Shown here one piece after another: positions 50,201 through 62,815 of a DNA stretch of 64,000 nt. The stretch is from Felis catus. Lineage: Eukaryota. Numbering within the stretch: the first letter of the stretch is position 1; each line of letters begins with the position of its first letter. A program made the translations under genes and the position numbers. The stretch covers positions 101,060,001 through 101,124,000 of the forward strand of contig NC_058377.1 in assembly GCF_018350175.1 (NCBI RefSeq), written 5' to 3'. Below the pieces are notes generated by a model, which was given only the letters and a program-made list of their open reading frames with translations, ran no database searches and was not told where the DNA came from.

Positions 50201-52914
50201 TACAGACACTAGATAAAAAGTCTTTAGAACTGAGACATGCTCTTAATATAATAGCTCTGACACTGGGTTAGAGCTAACTTCTCTGAGAATCAATTCCCTC
50301 ATCTGGGCAATATAAGCCATTTTTTTTAATTGTGACAGGTCAGTAAACATGGTAAACTAAAATGATGTAAAACTACAATATATCTCCTGCAGAATCTAGC
50401 AGATGGATTTATAGTCAATGAAAGGTATTACACGTTTACTCTGTACAAATCATAGAGTACATGGGTTTGATGAATACATTTAGAAGTGTGCCGTCTAAGC
50501 TTGCTGGAAGATTGATCATTATTCAAGGTAATAAGAAAAATCCAAAAACTCCCATAGGAATGTGGAGGAGACATTAAAAGTTTGAAGCTCTGTGGGACTT
50601 CATAAATCATGTAATTTTGTGACTACTAAATGTTAATGTAGTGTTTATTCAAATTAAATAAAAATATCTATCGATTGGTTGACAAACAGATGTTTATCAC
50701 GTATACACGTGCAGTTCACTCATACACACACATACCGCTGGGACCAAAATAGAGACATTTAACATTTTTATTTTTTTTTTATTTTTCTTTAATTTTTTTA
50801 GGTGTCCCCCACTCTTACACAGGCTTAATCATGTTACAAAGGGTCCATAAAAAACTGGAATAGATCTCAGAAGTATGCCGTACATACTTGCTTTGGAAAA
50901 GACAGGGCTTCACTTAGAAGAAAAGCTGAGAATCATGTCAATTGAGTAAGGTAAATACGCTAGGAAAGTAAGTTTCAACAAGGGAGGGGTCTTCTGGAAA
51001 ATGCAGGACTTATAAAGGATTGCTAGAGCAATACACAAGTCTAAAGTGTAGGGTAATCCTTTACAAGGCAACATCTGCTGTGGCACTTAAAGTAGCTGTA
51101 CAATAATATTTTAAGACCTTCATAAAAACATGAGTCATCTTTGAACACAAAGCTGGAAAAGCTACTTGATATATCTCCAACTTCACATGCGCCTCCTGAT
51201 AGTCAAAATGCCCATCCTATTGACACATTGAATGAATCAAAGGATTATTATTGAACTCTTTATAATTACATTTAAATTGCAAAAGGGTAAAAATAACCAA
51301 ATAATGTTCAAAAGTTACCAAAATCAGAGCATCGACCCAGGCCATAAGGAATCAAATGAACCACATCAAATACATCTTAATATAAAACAAACAAAAAAAA
51401 AAATTAAATGACTGATGACTCAAGAATATCAAAGGTATCAGAAATGAGAATACAAGATATCAGAAGGATGAGGACATATGCTACAAAGAACTCAGAATAA
51501 TAAACCAGAAAATGGAAATAAGGCAAAAACAGTAATCAAGAGTAATTTAATACATAGAAATTTAATACAAGAGTGGATGGTCACTACTGAAAGCATAATT
51601 AAGAAAGAGAAGAGAAAGAGAGATGAAGAAAAATCAGTTTCAAGTAAATAAGAGAATTAAGAATTTGATAGAAAATGACAGATCTAAAAGTACTAAGATA
51701 TAATTTAAAAAACAGTAGAAATGTGACTCATACAAATATAAAATTGACATACAAAAATTTATAACTATCTGAATGAGTATATCAATAAAATGAGAGATAT
51801 AGAATTTTTAAGAAATAAGGGTTTATGACATTTATTTGGAAAAGTTACAATAAAATATTTAGTTTCCTTTTTAATTTTATTGAAAAAATGTACACATAGA
51901 AAAGTACATACATCTCAAGAGTACAGCTTGATGAATTTTTAAATTGAACATACCCTTATAAACAAGCCCAAGAGAAAGAACATTTCCAGAACCCAGGGAA
52001 CCTCCTGTATTCTTCCAGTCACTCTCTCCCATGTAAAGATAGCTATAGTATGAAACAGAGACTAATTTATGTAATAGCTAGTTTTTTTCAAGGACAGAGT
52101 TATCGCATTTTAATAAAATACAAAAAAAATCTACCATTTATATGTGCCAGTTACATAAATTTGAATAGACACACACAACTGTGTAACAATAACCACATTA
52201 TGGGCAATAGAAATATTCTATATTGTAGAATTGTGGAATTCCTTTGTTAATTTCTACAAAAATGCTTTTCTTGGTTTTAACTCGGGTTGCATTGAATATA
52301 TAGATAATTTGCAATTACATTTAATTAATAGATCAGTATCTTCTTTATCCCTTTCTTTCTTTCATTCTTTTGTTCTTAAATTCAAATCCCATGACCAACA
52401 TTCCGTATCTATTAATTTAGTCTCCCCAGGTGTTGAGCTCAGGCACCTATGTATTTTAAACACATTTTTGAATAATTTATTTAAGTACATAGCCATGAAC
52501 TAGTTTATAGATGAGTATACAAGATTTCCAAGACAAGACCCTGACCGACACAAAAAGTTTGACCTTTATCTCTGCCAGATCTCTCATATTTTGTTTATTA
52601 CATAGAATATTAAATTTATCTATATAGTGTCCCATCTCTGCTTTCAATACTTCCTGTTTATGTATTCATATATTTTCTCCCTATTAAACTCTCAGTGAGT
52701 TTCAAGTATTTTTCATGCCACTTTAAAAGTTAAGTAAATATAGTAATCTTTATTAAATGATTATGAAGTTTGTCATACCTTATTTTGAGACAAGTAAACA
52801 GGTTATGTTCTCAGGAAGAAAGAACTGGGTTTTAGAGAATTTAAGTCATAAACCCAATGGCATATATTTATTTAGTATCTGAGCCAGGATTGTGTCCTGT
52901 AGCATTAGATTGTT

Positions 52915-53205
52915 TTCCAGCCCTATGTATTGCTCTGCCCTGAGGGCTATTTTATACCAGAGGCCAAAGTGTATTCATGTGATCATTTTTATCATGTAGC
53001 TCATGGTTCCAGAGCCACTCATTTACTATGAAAGAAACACATTAAATTATCTGTCTTTTCCGTCCCAGAAGATAATTACCTTATTTTCTCCTTGGAGCAT
53101 CCCTGTGGACATCAAGAAGAGCTTGAAAGTCTGCTATAAAACTCCAAATGATCAGTGATCATAGGGTATGTTAGCTGAATGAGCAGTTCATTTCCACAGG
53201 TAAGA
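52915..53205 (+). promoter_or_regulatory. Candidate promoter/exon 1 of the + strand OR5T gene
   Basis: TCCCAGAAGA-TAATTA (53063), CTCCTTGGAG, TCCCTGTGGA, TATAAAA 53135-53141, donor CAG|GTAAGA at 53199/53200; acceptor ending 55511. Confidence 0.55.
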
Positions 53206-54269
53206 GGAAAGTGTTTCTTATTACTTACAGAATTCTTCAGAAGTCATAACCTTGAATCTCAAACTAGATTCCACATTATAATATTTAAATCTGAGATGGA
53301 AATTTCTAGTTAACTGAGAATTAAATTAAAATTGAACAAGGAAATTCCAGGGAACATTACAAGGATAATAGGAAAGACTCCTTGCATGTTTAGGTCAACA
53401 GATTTGGAAATTAGACATTTTATTTCACTTTCTTGATGGAATGTAACAGCTGGAATAAAGGTAGTTGAAATAAAGGGATGTATTACAAATTTAGGAAAAT
53501 TATTAAATAGAGAGCAAATTAACTATCAACCAATCATCAGATACATGCCAGTTGAGGATCATAATTTGTTTTTCTAATGCAAACACATAAATGAATTTTA
53601 AATTTGTTTTACTGGTTAGCTGCTTGCTGAAGAAGCCACTTTAGTTTTATTTTCTTTTTTTTTAAGTCATGGTCTGCTTAAACTTGATGGCTTTATAAAA
53701 GAATTCAAACACACGAGGATGTTATTTTGTATTGTTTCCAGAAGACAACCTTTCCAGAATTATGGCATATCAAAATGAATTGCAACGTAGTCAACTGCCC
53801 ATAGCTTATTTTTTAATCATTACAAAAATGATTTTGTATCATTTATTTAACAAAAGGTTCAATATGAAAATGCACATAACCTGATTTTTATATTGTAGTA
53901 AACAGGTGCTATGGGGAGGGGACATGTGGAAGCCATTTTGATTTCTTCTGATGAACACACACGTTGTTTATATTCGTTCCAAAGCTTCTAACATGATGAT
54001 GCTATTTCCTCGTATACCACCATTCCAATGCTGCTCTTTTGCCCACTAGTTGCCATTTGCACACTTCCATCTATCATAAAGGGATTGAACCCCTGCAATG
54101 GTCCTTGGACATGTCTGCCATTTGATTTCAATGATAGTTTCTTGTCCATAATTTTTTTTTTCAACTCGGGAGGGTGAGCTTTGTTCATGGTGTCTACTCG
54201 ACCACCTCAAAGATGCCTCCAAATGGAATGCACGGTGTTCTTCATGCTCCCGCTAGACACAGCTGCAAG

Positions 54270-54490
54270 TGTGGGACAGAGAAACCTGGTCTTCAATCCT
54301 GTCTTTGCTTCTAATTATCGGTATGACCACGGCCCGGTTATAGGTCAGGCTGTTTCTCAGTTTTCTCATCTATAAAAGGATGCTAAATTATTAATTTTGC
54401 AGGTTGCTATGCAAATGACATAAGATAATGTACACGCAATTTTTAACCCTCAGTAGCCACTTAATATCATGTGGTTGCAGCTATTATTGC
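54270..54490. mobile_element. MIR
   Basis: tctcagttttctcatctataaaag..gataatgta core. Confidence 0.6.
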
Positions 54491-54925
54491 TGTCCTTCTC
54501 AAGCTTAGCATTTATGACATTGTTCTCATAGATGTGCCCTGTGTATGTTTTCCAACTGTATTACAGGTGAAGAATTGAAACAATTAGTCTTCCAGATTGG
54601 TCTATTTTGTTAAAATTGAGAGTTTGTATTTTTGTCTATCTAATCTCTATCTCCTAAGATGAAATGAGCTAGATAAGGAAAAAAATTATTATGGACAAAA
54701 TCATCAGGGGGATGTAAGTAGACATACTATCATTTTTCTGACATGACCAAAGTACAATGCAATGATAGCAATGAATTTCTAAGATGCCTGACACCATAGA
54801 GTATTGTGATGGTCAGAGAGGGCTGCCATGTATGACAAGGGCTAATATCTAAATCTAACATCCTATATTGTACTCATTTGTGAATATTTTGAATTCAAAT
54901 AATTTTCACACTGTATTTCTCATTT

Positions 54926-55153
54926 ATTTATTTTTTTTTAAATTTTTTTTCAACGTTTATTTATTTTTGGGACAGAGAGAGACAGAGCATGAACGGGGGA
55001 GGGGCAGAGAGAGAGGGAGACACAGAATCGGAAACAGGCTCCAGGCTCTGAGCCATCAGCCCAGAGCCTGATGCGGGGCTCGAACTCCCGGACCGCGAGA
55101 TCGTGACCTGGCTGAAGTCGGACGCTTAACCGACTGTGCCACCCAGGCGCCCC
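54926..55153 (-). mobile_element. Young SINEC_Fc-type SINE
   Basis: TSD ctgtatttctcattt. Confidence 0.95.
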
Positions 55154-55216
55154 TGTATTTCTCATTTAAATGCATCCCAGGGATACACATTTAGTTGGTC
55201 CCACTTTAACAACTGG

Positions 55217-55229
55217 ACGCACACACACA

Positions 55230-55263
<34 letters not shown>
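55217..55263. repeat. (CA)n microsatellite
   Basis: Seen directly. Confidence 0.95.
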
Positions 55264-55264
<1 letters not shown>

Positions 55265-55667
55265 GGAATTTCACACACATTTTACAAAATCTAGGACTAG
55301 TAACAGGTATGTAATTTTTATTATAATATTTTCAAATTTTTAAATTTCTATATTCATTCATATTTGAAGATTTTCAGACGATGCAATTGGAAGCAAGGTG
55401 GGAGAAAATTTAACAGAAAACAACTGGAAATTAACCCAATAATTGGCATAATTTGTTTAACATGAAAAATTTAACCAACAACTTAATAAAATAAGTTCTT
55501 TATTTATGCAGGATAATGTATCCTCTGGGACACAACTTCTTCATCACTGCCTTTTCTTTCACTGACAAAGATTTCAACGTGTCCTTCTAAGAAACAAACA
55601 TGAGAATACATAAAGTGGATTCTATTTTCAAAAATATCGCCTTTAAAACCTGCAAATAAACACTAAA

Positions 55668-56660
55668 ATGCCAGGGTTGACATTGGATTTAGATTTGTAC
55701 ACAATTAAGTTGAAAAATGTAACTGAGTTCACTACATTTATATTGACGGGTTTCACAGATAATTTTGAGGTGCAAATCTTCCTCTTTTTACTATTTCTAG
55801 CAATCTACCTTTTTACTCTGGTAGGAAATTTGGGGCTAGTTCTATTAGTCATTGGGGATTCTCGGCTACACAACCCCATGTACTACTTTCTGAGCGTATT
55901 GTCTTTCCTGGATGCCTGTTATTCTTCAGTTGTCACCCCAAAAATGTTGGTCAATTTCCTCGCAGAGAATAAAGCCATTTCCTATGTTGGATGTGCAGCG
56001 CAGATGCTTCTCTTTGTTACCTTTGGGACCACAGAATGCTTTCTCTTGGCTGCGATGGCATATGACCGCTATGTCGCCATCTACAACCCTCTCCTGTACT
56101 CAGTGAGCATGTCACCCAGAGTCTATGTGCCACTCATCGTTGCTTCCTACGTGGGTGGCATTTTGCATGCTTCCGTACACACCGTGGCCACATTCAGCCT
56201 GTCCTTCTGCGCATCCAATGAAATTAGACATGTCTTTTGTGACATCCCTCCTCTCCTCGCCATTTCTTGTTCTGACACTCACACAAACCAGCTCCTGCTC
56301 TTCTACCTTGTGGGCTCCATTGAGATCGTCACTATCCTGACAGTTCTGATCTCCTATGGTTTCATTTTGTTGGCCATTCGGAAGATTCATTCTGCTGCAG
56401 GGAGGCAGAAAGTCTTTTCTACATGTGGCTCTCACCTAACCGGAGTGTCAATATATCATGGAACCATCCTCTTCACGTACGTGAGACCGAGTTCCAGCTA
56501 TGCTCTGGACCATGACATGATAGTCTCAACATTTTACACGATTGTGATTCCCATGCTGAATCCCATCATCTACAGTTTAAGGAACAAAGATGTAAAAGAA
56601 GCAATGAAAAAACTGTTTGGTAAAAATTGGTATATCAATAAAGTCTACTTTTCACATTGA
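55668..56660 (+). CDS. Olfactory receptor OR5T subfamily (OR5T1/OR5T3-like), intact, 330 aa
   Basis: Extended N-terminus [15 protein letters not shown] as in OR5T1/3; canonical OR motifs throughout. Confidence 0.93.
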   Translation: MPGLTLDLDLYTIKLKNVTEFTTFILTGFTDNFEVQIFLFLLFLAIYLFTLVGNLGLVLLVIGDSRLHNPMYYFLSVLSFLDACYSSVVTPKMLVNFLAENKAISYVGCAAQMLLFVTFGTTECFLLAAMAYDRYVAIYNPLLYSVSMSPRVYVPLIVASYVGGILHASVHTVATFSLSFCASNEIRHVFCDIPPLLAISCSDTHTNQLLLFYLVGSIEIVTILTVLISYGFILLAIRKIHSAAGRQKVFSTCGSHLTGVSIYHGTILFTYVRPSSSYALDHDMIVSTFYTIVIPMLNPIIYSLRNKDVKEAMKKLFGKNWYINKVYFSH

Positions 56661-56928
56661 CCATTAAATTGAGAAAATTATGAATGCTATTGAGCATCTC
56701 CATATTAAAATAGAAATGTTTTGCTTTAGTTTATTTGTGTCTTTGTCTTCTTGCTATTTATTTTTATTTAAAGATTGTGGTCACATCTCACCTGTACATT
56801 TTTCACATATGTAGAAAATCTCTGTCATTCCTTTGCTTCTTCCTTAATTCATCTGGAAATACACACAGGCGCACACATACATTTATACACACATGTGTAA
56901 ATACACATGCATCTGTGATGAGGCTGAT

Positions 56929-57275
56929 TGTATTAACTTGCTCAGGCTGTCATAACAAAGTGCCACAGACTGGTGGCTTTCACAGCAGCAACCTATTGCT
57001 AACCGTTACAGAATCTGTAAGTCTGAAGGTGAAACGGAGTGAATTTCTTCCTCGTCCTCTCTCCTTCACTTGTAGATGGCAGTCTTCTCTTTCTGTCTCC
57101 ACATGGTCATTCCTCTCTGTGTTTCTGCGTTCTGATCTCTTTTTATGATACCAGTGATCTTGGATTAGGGTCCACTCTAACGACCTCATTTTAAGTTAAT
57201 TATCTCCTCAAAGGCTTTATTGTCAAATATAGTCATATTCTGAAGTATGGGGAGTTAGGTTTTCACATATGAATA
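56929..57275 (-). mobile_element. MLT1 (MaLR) LTR
   Basis: ggctgtcataacaaagtgccacagactggtggc ... ggattagggtccactctaacgacctcatttta ... atagtcatattctgaagta. Confidence 0.85.
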
Positions 57276-58095
57276 TTGGTATATATACCAATACATATAC
57301 ACATTATATATACATATATATACACGTATATATGTGTGTCTGTGCATGTACATGTGCACAAATGCATATATTCATTACATATAGATATATTTGCATATAG
57401 ACACATACATATATTTATTATTTGTAAGTATATTTATAAATACAGAGTCACATATGTATGTGATCTTTACTTTAAAATGTATAGTATTACCTTTCATCCT
57501 CATATGAGTCAAACTGGATACTCTCCCATAGTTGCAATTATACATAACTTGAAGATCATATCTGAATAGCTTGAGCAAATACTACGTCACTGGGAAAAAA
57601 AACCAAGCTCACATAATCCCAGTCCACTTTCATTGAGTCACTGGTATCTGACTCCTGATAAAATAACTCCGCTCCATCCTTAAAATCCATGCACTGACAG
57701 CAGGGACCATAGATAATATATTTAAATCCCTGGTGTCATTACCACGCTGCTTGTGAGAGTACGTCTCTCCTCTTTTTGTTATTTCATTCAAAGCATGGAC
57801 ATTAAATCCATTTTTCTTCCTCACAGAATACAGAATACAGAATACAGAATTCAGACGTTAGCACTGATCAAGATTATACTTAAACTCAAGAGCAACAAAA
57901 AACAAGCACAATTCAGAGAGTGAGTTACAGCTGGCTGGCAGAAGCTGAGTTAAGCTGCAGCCCAACTTTATGGGCTTTCCTACTAACCTGGTATAGACTC
58001 AGCTTCGGCTCTCTTTTCTTCTGACCACTACCACCTTATTATGGTCTTACAGACGCCACTACTCCTCGGTGCCCAGACCCAAGAACCAAGGCATA

Positions 58096-58290
58096 GGGGT
58101 GCCTGGTGGCTCAGCTGGTTAAGCGACCGATTTCAGCTCAGGTCACGATCTCATGGTCTGTGAGTTCGAGCACCCCATCGGACTCTGTGCTGACAGCTTA
58201 GAGCTGCTTCAGATTCTGTGTCTCCCTCTCGCTCTCTGTCCCTCCCCAGCTAGTGATCGATCTCTCTCTCTCTTTCTATCAAAACTAAGA
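58096..58290 (+). mobile_element. Can-SINE
   Basis: ggggtgcctggtggctcag head. Confidence 0.85.
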
Positions 58291-58432
58291 AGCATTATTT
58301 TTTTTTTAAAGAACCATCCCAACTATACTCATGTTTAGCCCTGTTTCCAACAGACCTCATTTTAATTGCAAGGACATGTGTCCTTCAAAGTTAATTCATT
58401 GTAAGTGGTTGTGTTTTTCAATCCTTCCTTCC

Positions 58433-58646
58433 TTTTTTTTTTTAAAGTTTTATTTTTACTTATATTGAAAGAGAGAGAGAGTGAGCAAGCAAGGGAGGGC
58501 AGAGAGAGAGGGAGACAGAATCCCAAGCAGGGCCCACGCATCAGTGCTGAGTTCCACACAGGGCCCTAACCTACAAACTGCGAGATCACAACCGGAGCTG
58601 AGACCAAGAGTCAGATGCTTAACTGACTGAGCCCCCCTGGTGCCCC
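58433..58646 (-). mobile_element. Can-SINE
   Basis: TSD tccttcc. Confidence 0.85.
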
Positions 58647-58697
58647 TCCATCCTTCCCTCTTACATTTCATTATCATCATCATCATCATCATCACTA

Positions 58698-58890
58698 TTA
58701 TTTTTTTATTTATTTTGAGAGAGGGAGAGAGAGAGACTGGGGAGGGGCAGAGAGGGAGACAGAGAATCCCAAAGCAGGCTCCACAATGTCAGTGCAGAGC
58801 CACAAGCAGGGCTTGAACTCACAAAACATGAGATAGTTACCTGAGCCAAAATCAAGAGTCAGACACTTAACTGAGCCAACCCAGAGCCCC
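58698..58890 (-). mobile_element. Can-SINE
   Basis: Flanked by ctattatt; the right copy has expanded to (TAT)n. Confidence 0.85.
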
Positions 58891-59929
58891 TATTATTATT
58901 ATTATTATTATTATTGTTATTATTATTATTATTATGTGTTGAATCCCTTTGGTTCCAACAAGATGATCTCCTTAGAACACAGAGTACTACTGAAGGCTAT
59001 TTCCCTAAAGAGGGATCATTACGTACAAATAACACCTTAACTGTATAAACATAGATAATCTTTTACCACAATATATATGCCCCAACAATTTTTCTGCATT
59101 TTTTTTCCTTCTGTTTGCAAGGTTTTCTGGGCTGTCATTCACATAACTCCTGTTTTTAAATGCCTATTCTTAGTGAGGAGTTCATTGACTACATTATGAT
59201 AATTAGAATTTACTTCCTTTGAATATCCTCATATTCTTTCCTTCTTAAATACACTCCTTTCACTTATCACAATTTCATATAACATGCATTTAATTTATAT
59301 TTGATTTATTGTCTGATCTATTTTCCAGACATATGTGTCTGGAATTTTATCTCACACATATTGTGGCTCAATCAACATTCCCTAAATGAACAAATTGTGT
59401 ATATAAGAAATTGTCAAAAAGATTTTATTTAACTCAATGAAGGGATGCATGTGAAAAAGAATGTTATTAGGTACTGCCTTAGATTTTCTAATTTACATTT
59501 TTCCTTTAAAATCTATCCTCTCTCTCTCTTGATCACTTTGCTATTTTTTTCTATCTTTCTCATTTGGGTACAAATTTTCCAGTGAATATTATGTCAGTGG
59601 AATCACGCATATTTCAGCACTTCATGTTTTCATAATCAGTATTTCTGATTTTTTCCCATTTCTTTTGACTTAAGGATAGTTTAGTAACATACAAAAATGC
59701 TTAAATGAACACATTGAGAGGTTTTTTTTTTTTTTTTTTTTACATTTGTCCTTCATTTCTAAATAGAATGAGATTTTGAGAAACTTTTTTATTCAGGTCT
59801 TAGTCATCACTAATGTATGGAAGGTTTCATAAATGCTGCACTACACTTGTAAAGACAATTATCACAAAGCTTTTCTACATACTTACCTACAAAAATAACC
59901 TTATTGAAGGTTTAAAGTCTTTATGTACG

Positions 59930-60145
59930 TTTTAAAAAAAATTTGAATGTTTATTTTCGAGAGAGAGAAAGAGACCGAGCATGAGTGGGGAGGGGCAGAG
60001 AGAGAGGGAGACACAGAATCTGAAGCAGGCTCCAGGCTCTGAGCTGTCATCACAGAGCCTGACCTGGGGTTCAAACTTGCAAAATGTGAGATCATGACCT
60101 GAGCCAAAGTCTGATGCTTAGCAGACTGAGCCACCCAGGTGCCCC
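59930..60145 (-). mobile_element. Can-SINE
   Basis: TSD aagtctttatgt. Confidence 0.92.
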
Positions 60146-60329
60146 TAAGTCTTTATGTCTTAATTAAAGTTTTCTTACTTGAAAACAATACAGGCGTATA
60201 AAGTTTTCCTAAAGTTAGCAGGCTTTGTTCCATTTCTCTCGTTGCATCTCCTGTATGAGAAGTTTCCTGTTTGGGATAGATATTGCTACATAACCATTTG
60301 CATAGACAACATTCACTCTGGAGAGGTAG

Positions 60330-61101
60330 AGTCCAAGTGGAGGCATCCACCTGCAAGGACAGAGGGATGTGGTTACCCCCTAGGACGGTGGACTCAAAGC
60401 AGCAATCAGAATTGTCTTGCCCATTTATAAGCAAGGCAATGGCAAGTTGATCATGGTATTTCTAGAAGTGAAAGAGATGAAAAAACACTGAATTCTGACT
60501 TGATCTATATAAGCAGGTTAAGTGAACAAAAGTCGAACTTGAATCATAAAAACTGTCATTGTGGGAGCTCAGCAATCAGTTTGTGAACTGAGGAAGATTT
60601 TAGCCCTAGAACCTCTTCAGCGAAGGGAGGTCAGGTACCCTTGAGGGATGAACCTTGCATATTACCAAAAAATTTAAACTATCAATCTTTCTCCAAGCCT
60701 TTGCCAAAGGGACTTTGGACATTTACCAGGGTAACGGTGCATTAGTGAAAAAGAAATAACCAGGTCTTTGGGAACTACTGGATACTAGTTCTGAACTGAT
60801 GATGATAATTCTAGAAAACCCAAAACATCACTGTGTGTTTGTGTTTTTGTGATCCAAGAGTCAGGGGAGGGGCTTGTGGAGGTCAGGTGATCAATGGAGT
60901 TTTACTTCTGGCCGATGTCGCAGTGAGGCCAGTGTGTCCCTGGCCCATCCTCTGGTTATTTCTCCAGTTCCAGAATGTGTAATTGGAATAAAACAACTGA
61001 GACCCTGGAAGAATCCCCACATTGGTTCCCTGACATGTGAGTTCGGGTTATCATGATGGAAAAAGCCTAGTGGGAGCAACTCTAACTGTCTCAACCAAGA
61101 A
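60330..61101 (+). mobile_element. ERVL internal remnant (gag/protease region)
   Basis: ctactggatactagttctgaactg = LLDTSSEL (ERVL protease LLDTGSEL); [26 protein letters not shown] matches recalled HERVL pol; 5' boundary approximate. Confidence 0.8.
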
Positions 61102-61346
61102 ACCATACGATTGCTATATAGCAATCTACAACCCTCTCTTGTACTCAGTGAGCATGTCACCCAGAGTCTATGTAACACACTCAGTGTTTCTTCCTATGTG
61201 GGTGGCATTTTGCATGCTTTTGTACACACAGTGATGACATTCAGCCTGTCCTTCCATGCATCCAATGAAATTATACATGTCTTTTGTGGCATCCCTCCAC
61301 TACTTGCCTTTTTTAAATTATATTTTAGATGTTTTTAATGTTTATT

Positions 61347-61400
<54 letters not shown>

Positions 61401-61606
61401 TGGGAGAGGGGAAGAAGAGAGGGAGACATAGATTCTGAAACAGGCTCCAGGCTCTGAGCTGTCAGCGCAGAGCTTGATGCAGGGCTCGAACTCACGAACT
61501 GTGAGATTACGACCTGAGCTGAAATCAAAACTCAGATACTTAACCGACTGAGCCACCCAGGCACCCCACTACTTGCCATTTTTTGTTCTGACACTCACAC
61601 AAACCA
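61102..61606 (+). pseudogene. Internal OR5T fragment (end of TM3 to ECL2), frameshifted and SINE-interrupted
   Basis: Reads [23 protein letters not shown] / [39 protein letters not shown] [SINE] IFCSDTHTN; no TM1-2 or TM5-7 nearby. Confidence 0.9.
61309..61567 (-). mobile_element. Can-SINE inserted in the OR5T fragment
   Basis: TSD actacttgcc (61299-61308 and 61568-61577); long (AG)n. Confidence 0.93.
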
Positions 61607-61799
61607 TATATACATACATAAATGCATATATGATGTATGTATGTATAATATGTTTATATATCATGTATGTATATAATGTAGATATAAGGTACACACAGAC
61701 ATATTATATATACATATATTTATATATTTGAACCGTTGTTGCTTTTCTCTCAGCTCTATTTCTATTTGTCTTTCACGACACTTAAATACACCATCAATA

Positions 61800-62020
61800 G
61801 GGGGTGCCTGGGTGGCTTAGTTGGTTAAGCGTCTGACTTCTGCCCAGGTCATGATCTCACAGCTCGTGGATTCGAGCCCCGCATCGGGCTCTGGGCTGAC
61901 AGCTCAGACCCTGGGGCCTGCTTCAGATTCTGTGTCTGCCTCTCTCTCTGCCCCTCCCCCACTCGCACTTTGTCTCCCTCTCAAAAATAAATAAACATTA
62001 AAATTTTTTTTTTTAAATAA
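61800..62020 (+). mobile_element. Can-SINE
   Basis: TSD taaatacac(c/t)atcaata. Confidence 0.92.
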
Positions 62021-62169
62021 ATACACTATCAATAAATGTTACTGTTCTATGACTGGACAGTAATAAGAAAAGATTCTGATAATGGAATAAAGATATATAA
62101 TGTTGAGCCAAACAGTGGAAATGCCATGGCAATAAGCCTGGATGGATCTTACTCCAAAATAAGGCAAAT

Positions 62170-62404
62170 GGGGGCGCCTGGGTGGCTCAGTCGGTTAAGC
62201 GTCAGACTTCGACTCAGGTCATGATCTCGCGGTCCCTGAGTTCGAGCCCCGAATTCGGGCCCTGTGCTGACGGCTCAGAGCCTGGAGCCTGTTTCAGATT
62301 CTGTGTCTCCCTCTCTTTCTGACCATCCCCCATTCATGCTCTGTCTCTCTCTGTCTCAAAAATAAATAAACATTAAAAAAAATTAATAAAAATTAAAAAA
62401 AAAA
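62170..62404 (+). mobile_element. Can-SINE
   Basis: TSD ataaggcaaatg. Confidence 0.93.
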
Positions 62405-62815
62405 CATAAGGCAAATGAAGTAACATTAAGGTCTTCACAGGACTCCAGAATGGAGAAGTAACCTCATAATGAGTGCTAAAGACTATCAGCTGTGTGAACA
62501 TGTTCTAATCCATAGGATCCCGAGAACATAAACCATAGTAGTAGTCAGTGCAAATCGCATTCCGCAATGATGGACAACAACAATACACTTACATCAATTA
62601 ATATTTAATATGAATCCATTTGAACACAATAAAAGTAAACAGATGATAAAAATTATCTATATTTGTAAAATGCTGTGTTCAAAGGCTGATAAATGCTTTG
62701 TTGGAAAATATTCTAGGATATACAAGCACTGTTACTGCAACCAAGACATTTTCTTTAGTTTCTGAGCAAAGAGACTTGGACTGGTATGAAACTCAGTGTT
62801 GAAAATGTATTTTAC

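Noticed and set aside
54130-54705. Imperfect ~25-bp inverted repeat (ttgtccataattttttt / aaaaaaattattatggacaa) ~530 bp apart
   Set aside because: Mostly A/T runs, no TSD, and the interior contains an ordinary MIR; not supportable as a transposon.
57580-58090. LTR-like GC-richer stretch with (ACAGAAT)4, and a similar stretch at 41000-41360
   Set aside because: Probably old LTR remnants, but I could not identify termini or family, so they are not annotated.
245-62224. Many 60-150 aa ORFs in the track
   Set aside because: They are translations of SINEs (AQSVKRLTSAQVMIS.., ERETEHERGRG..), L1 ends, microsatellites or AT-rich DNA, often from GTG/TTG starts; no coding signal.
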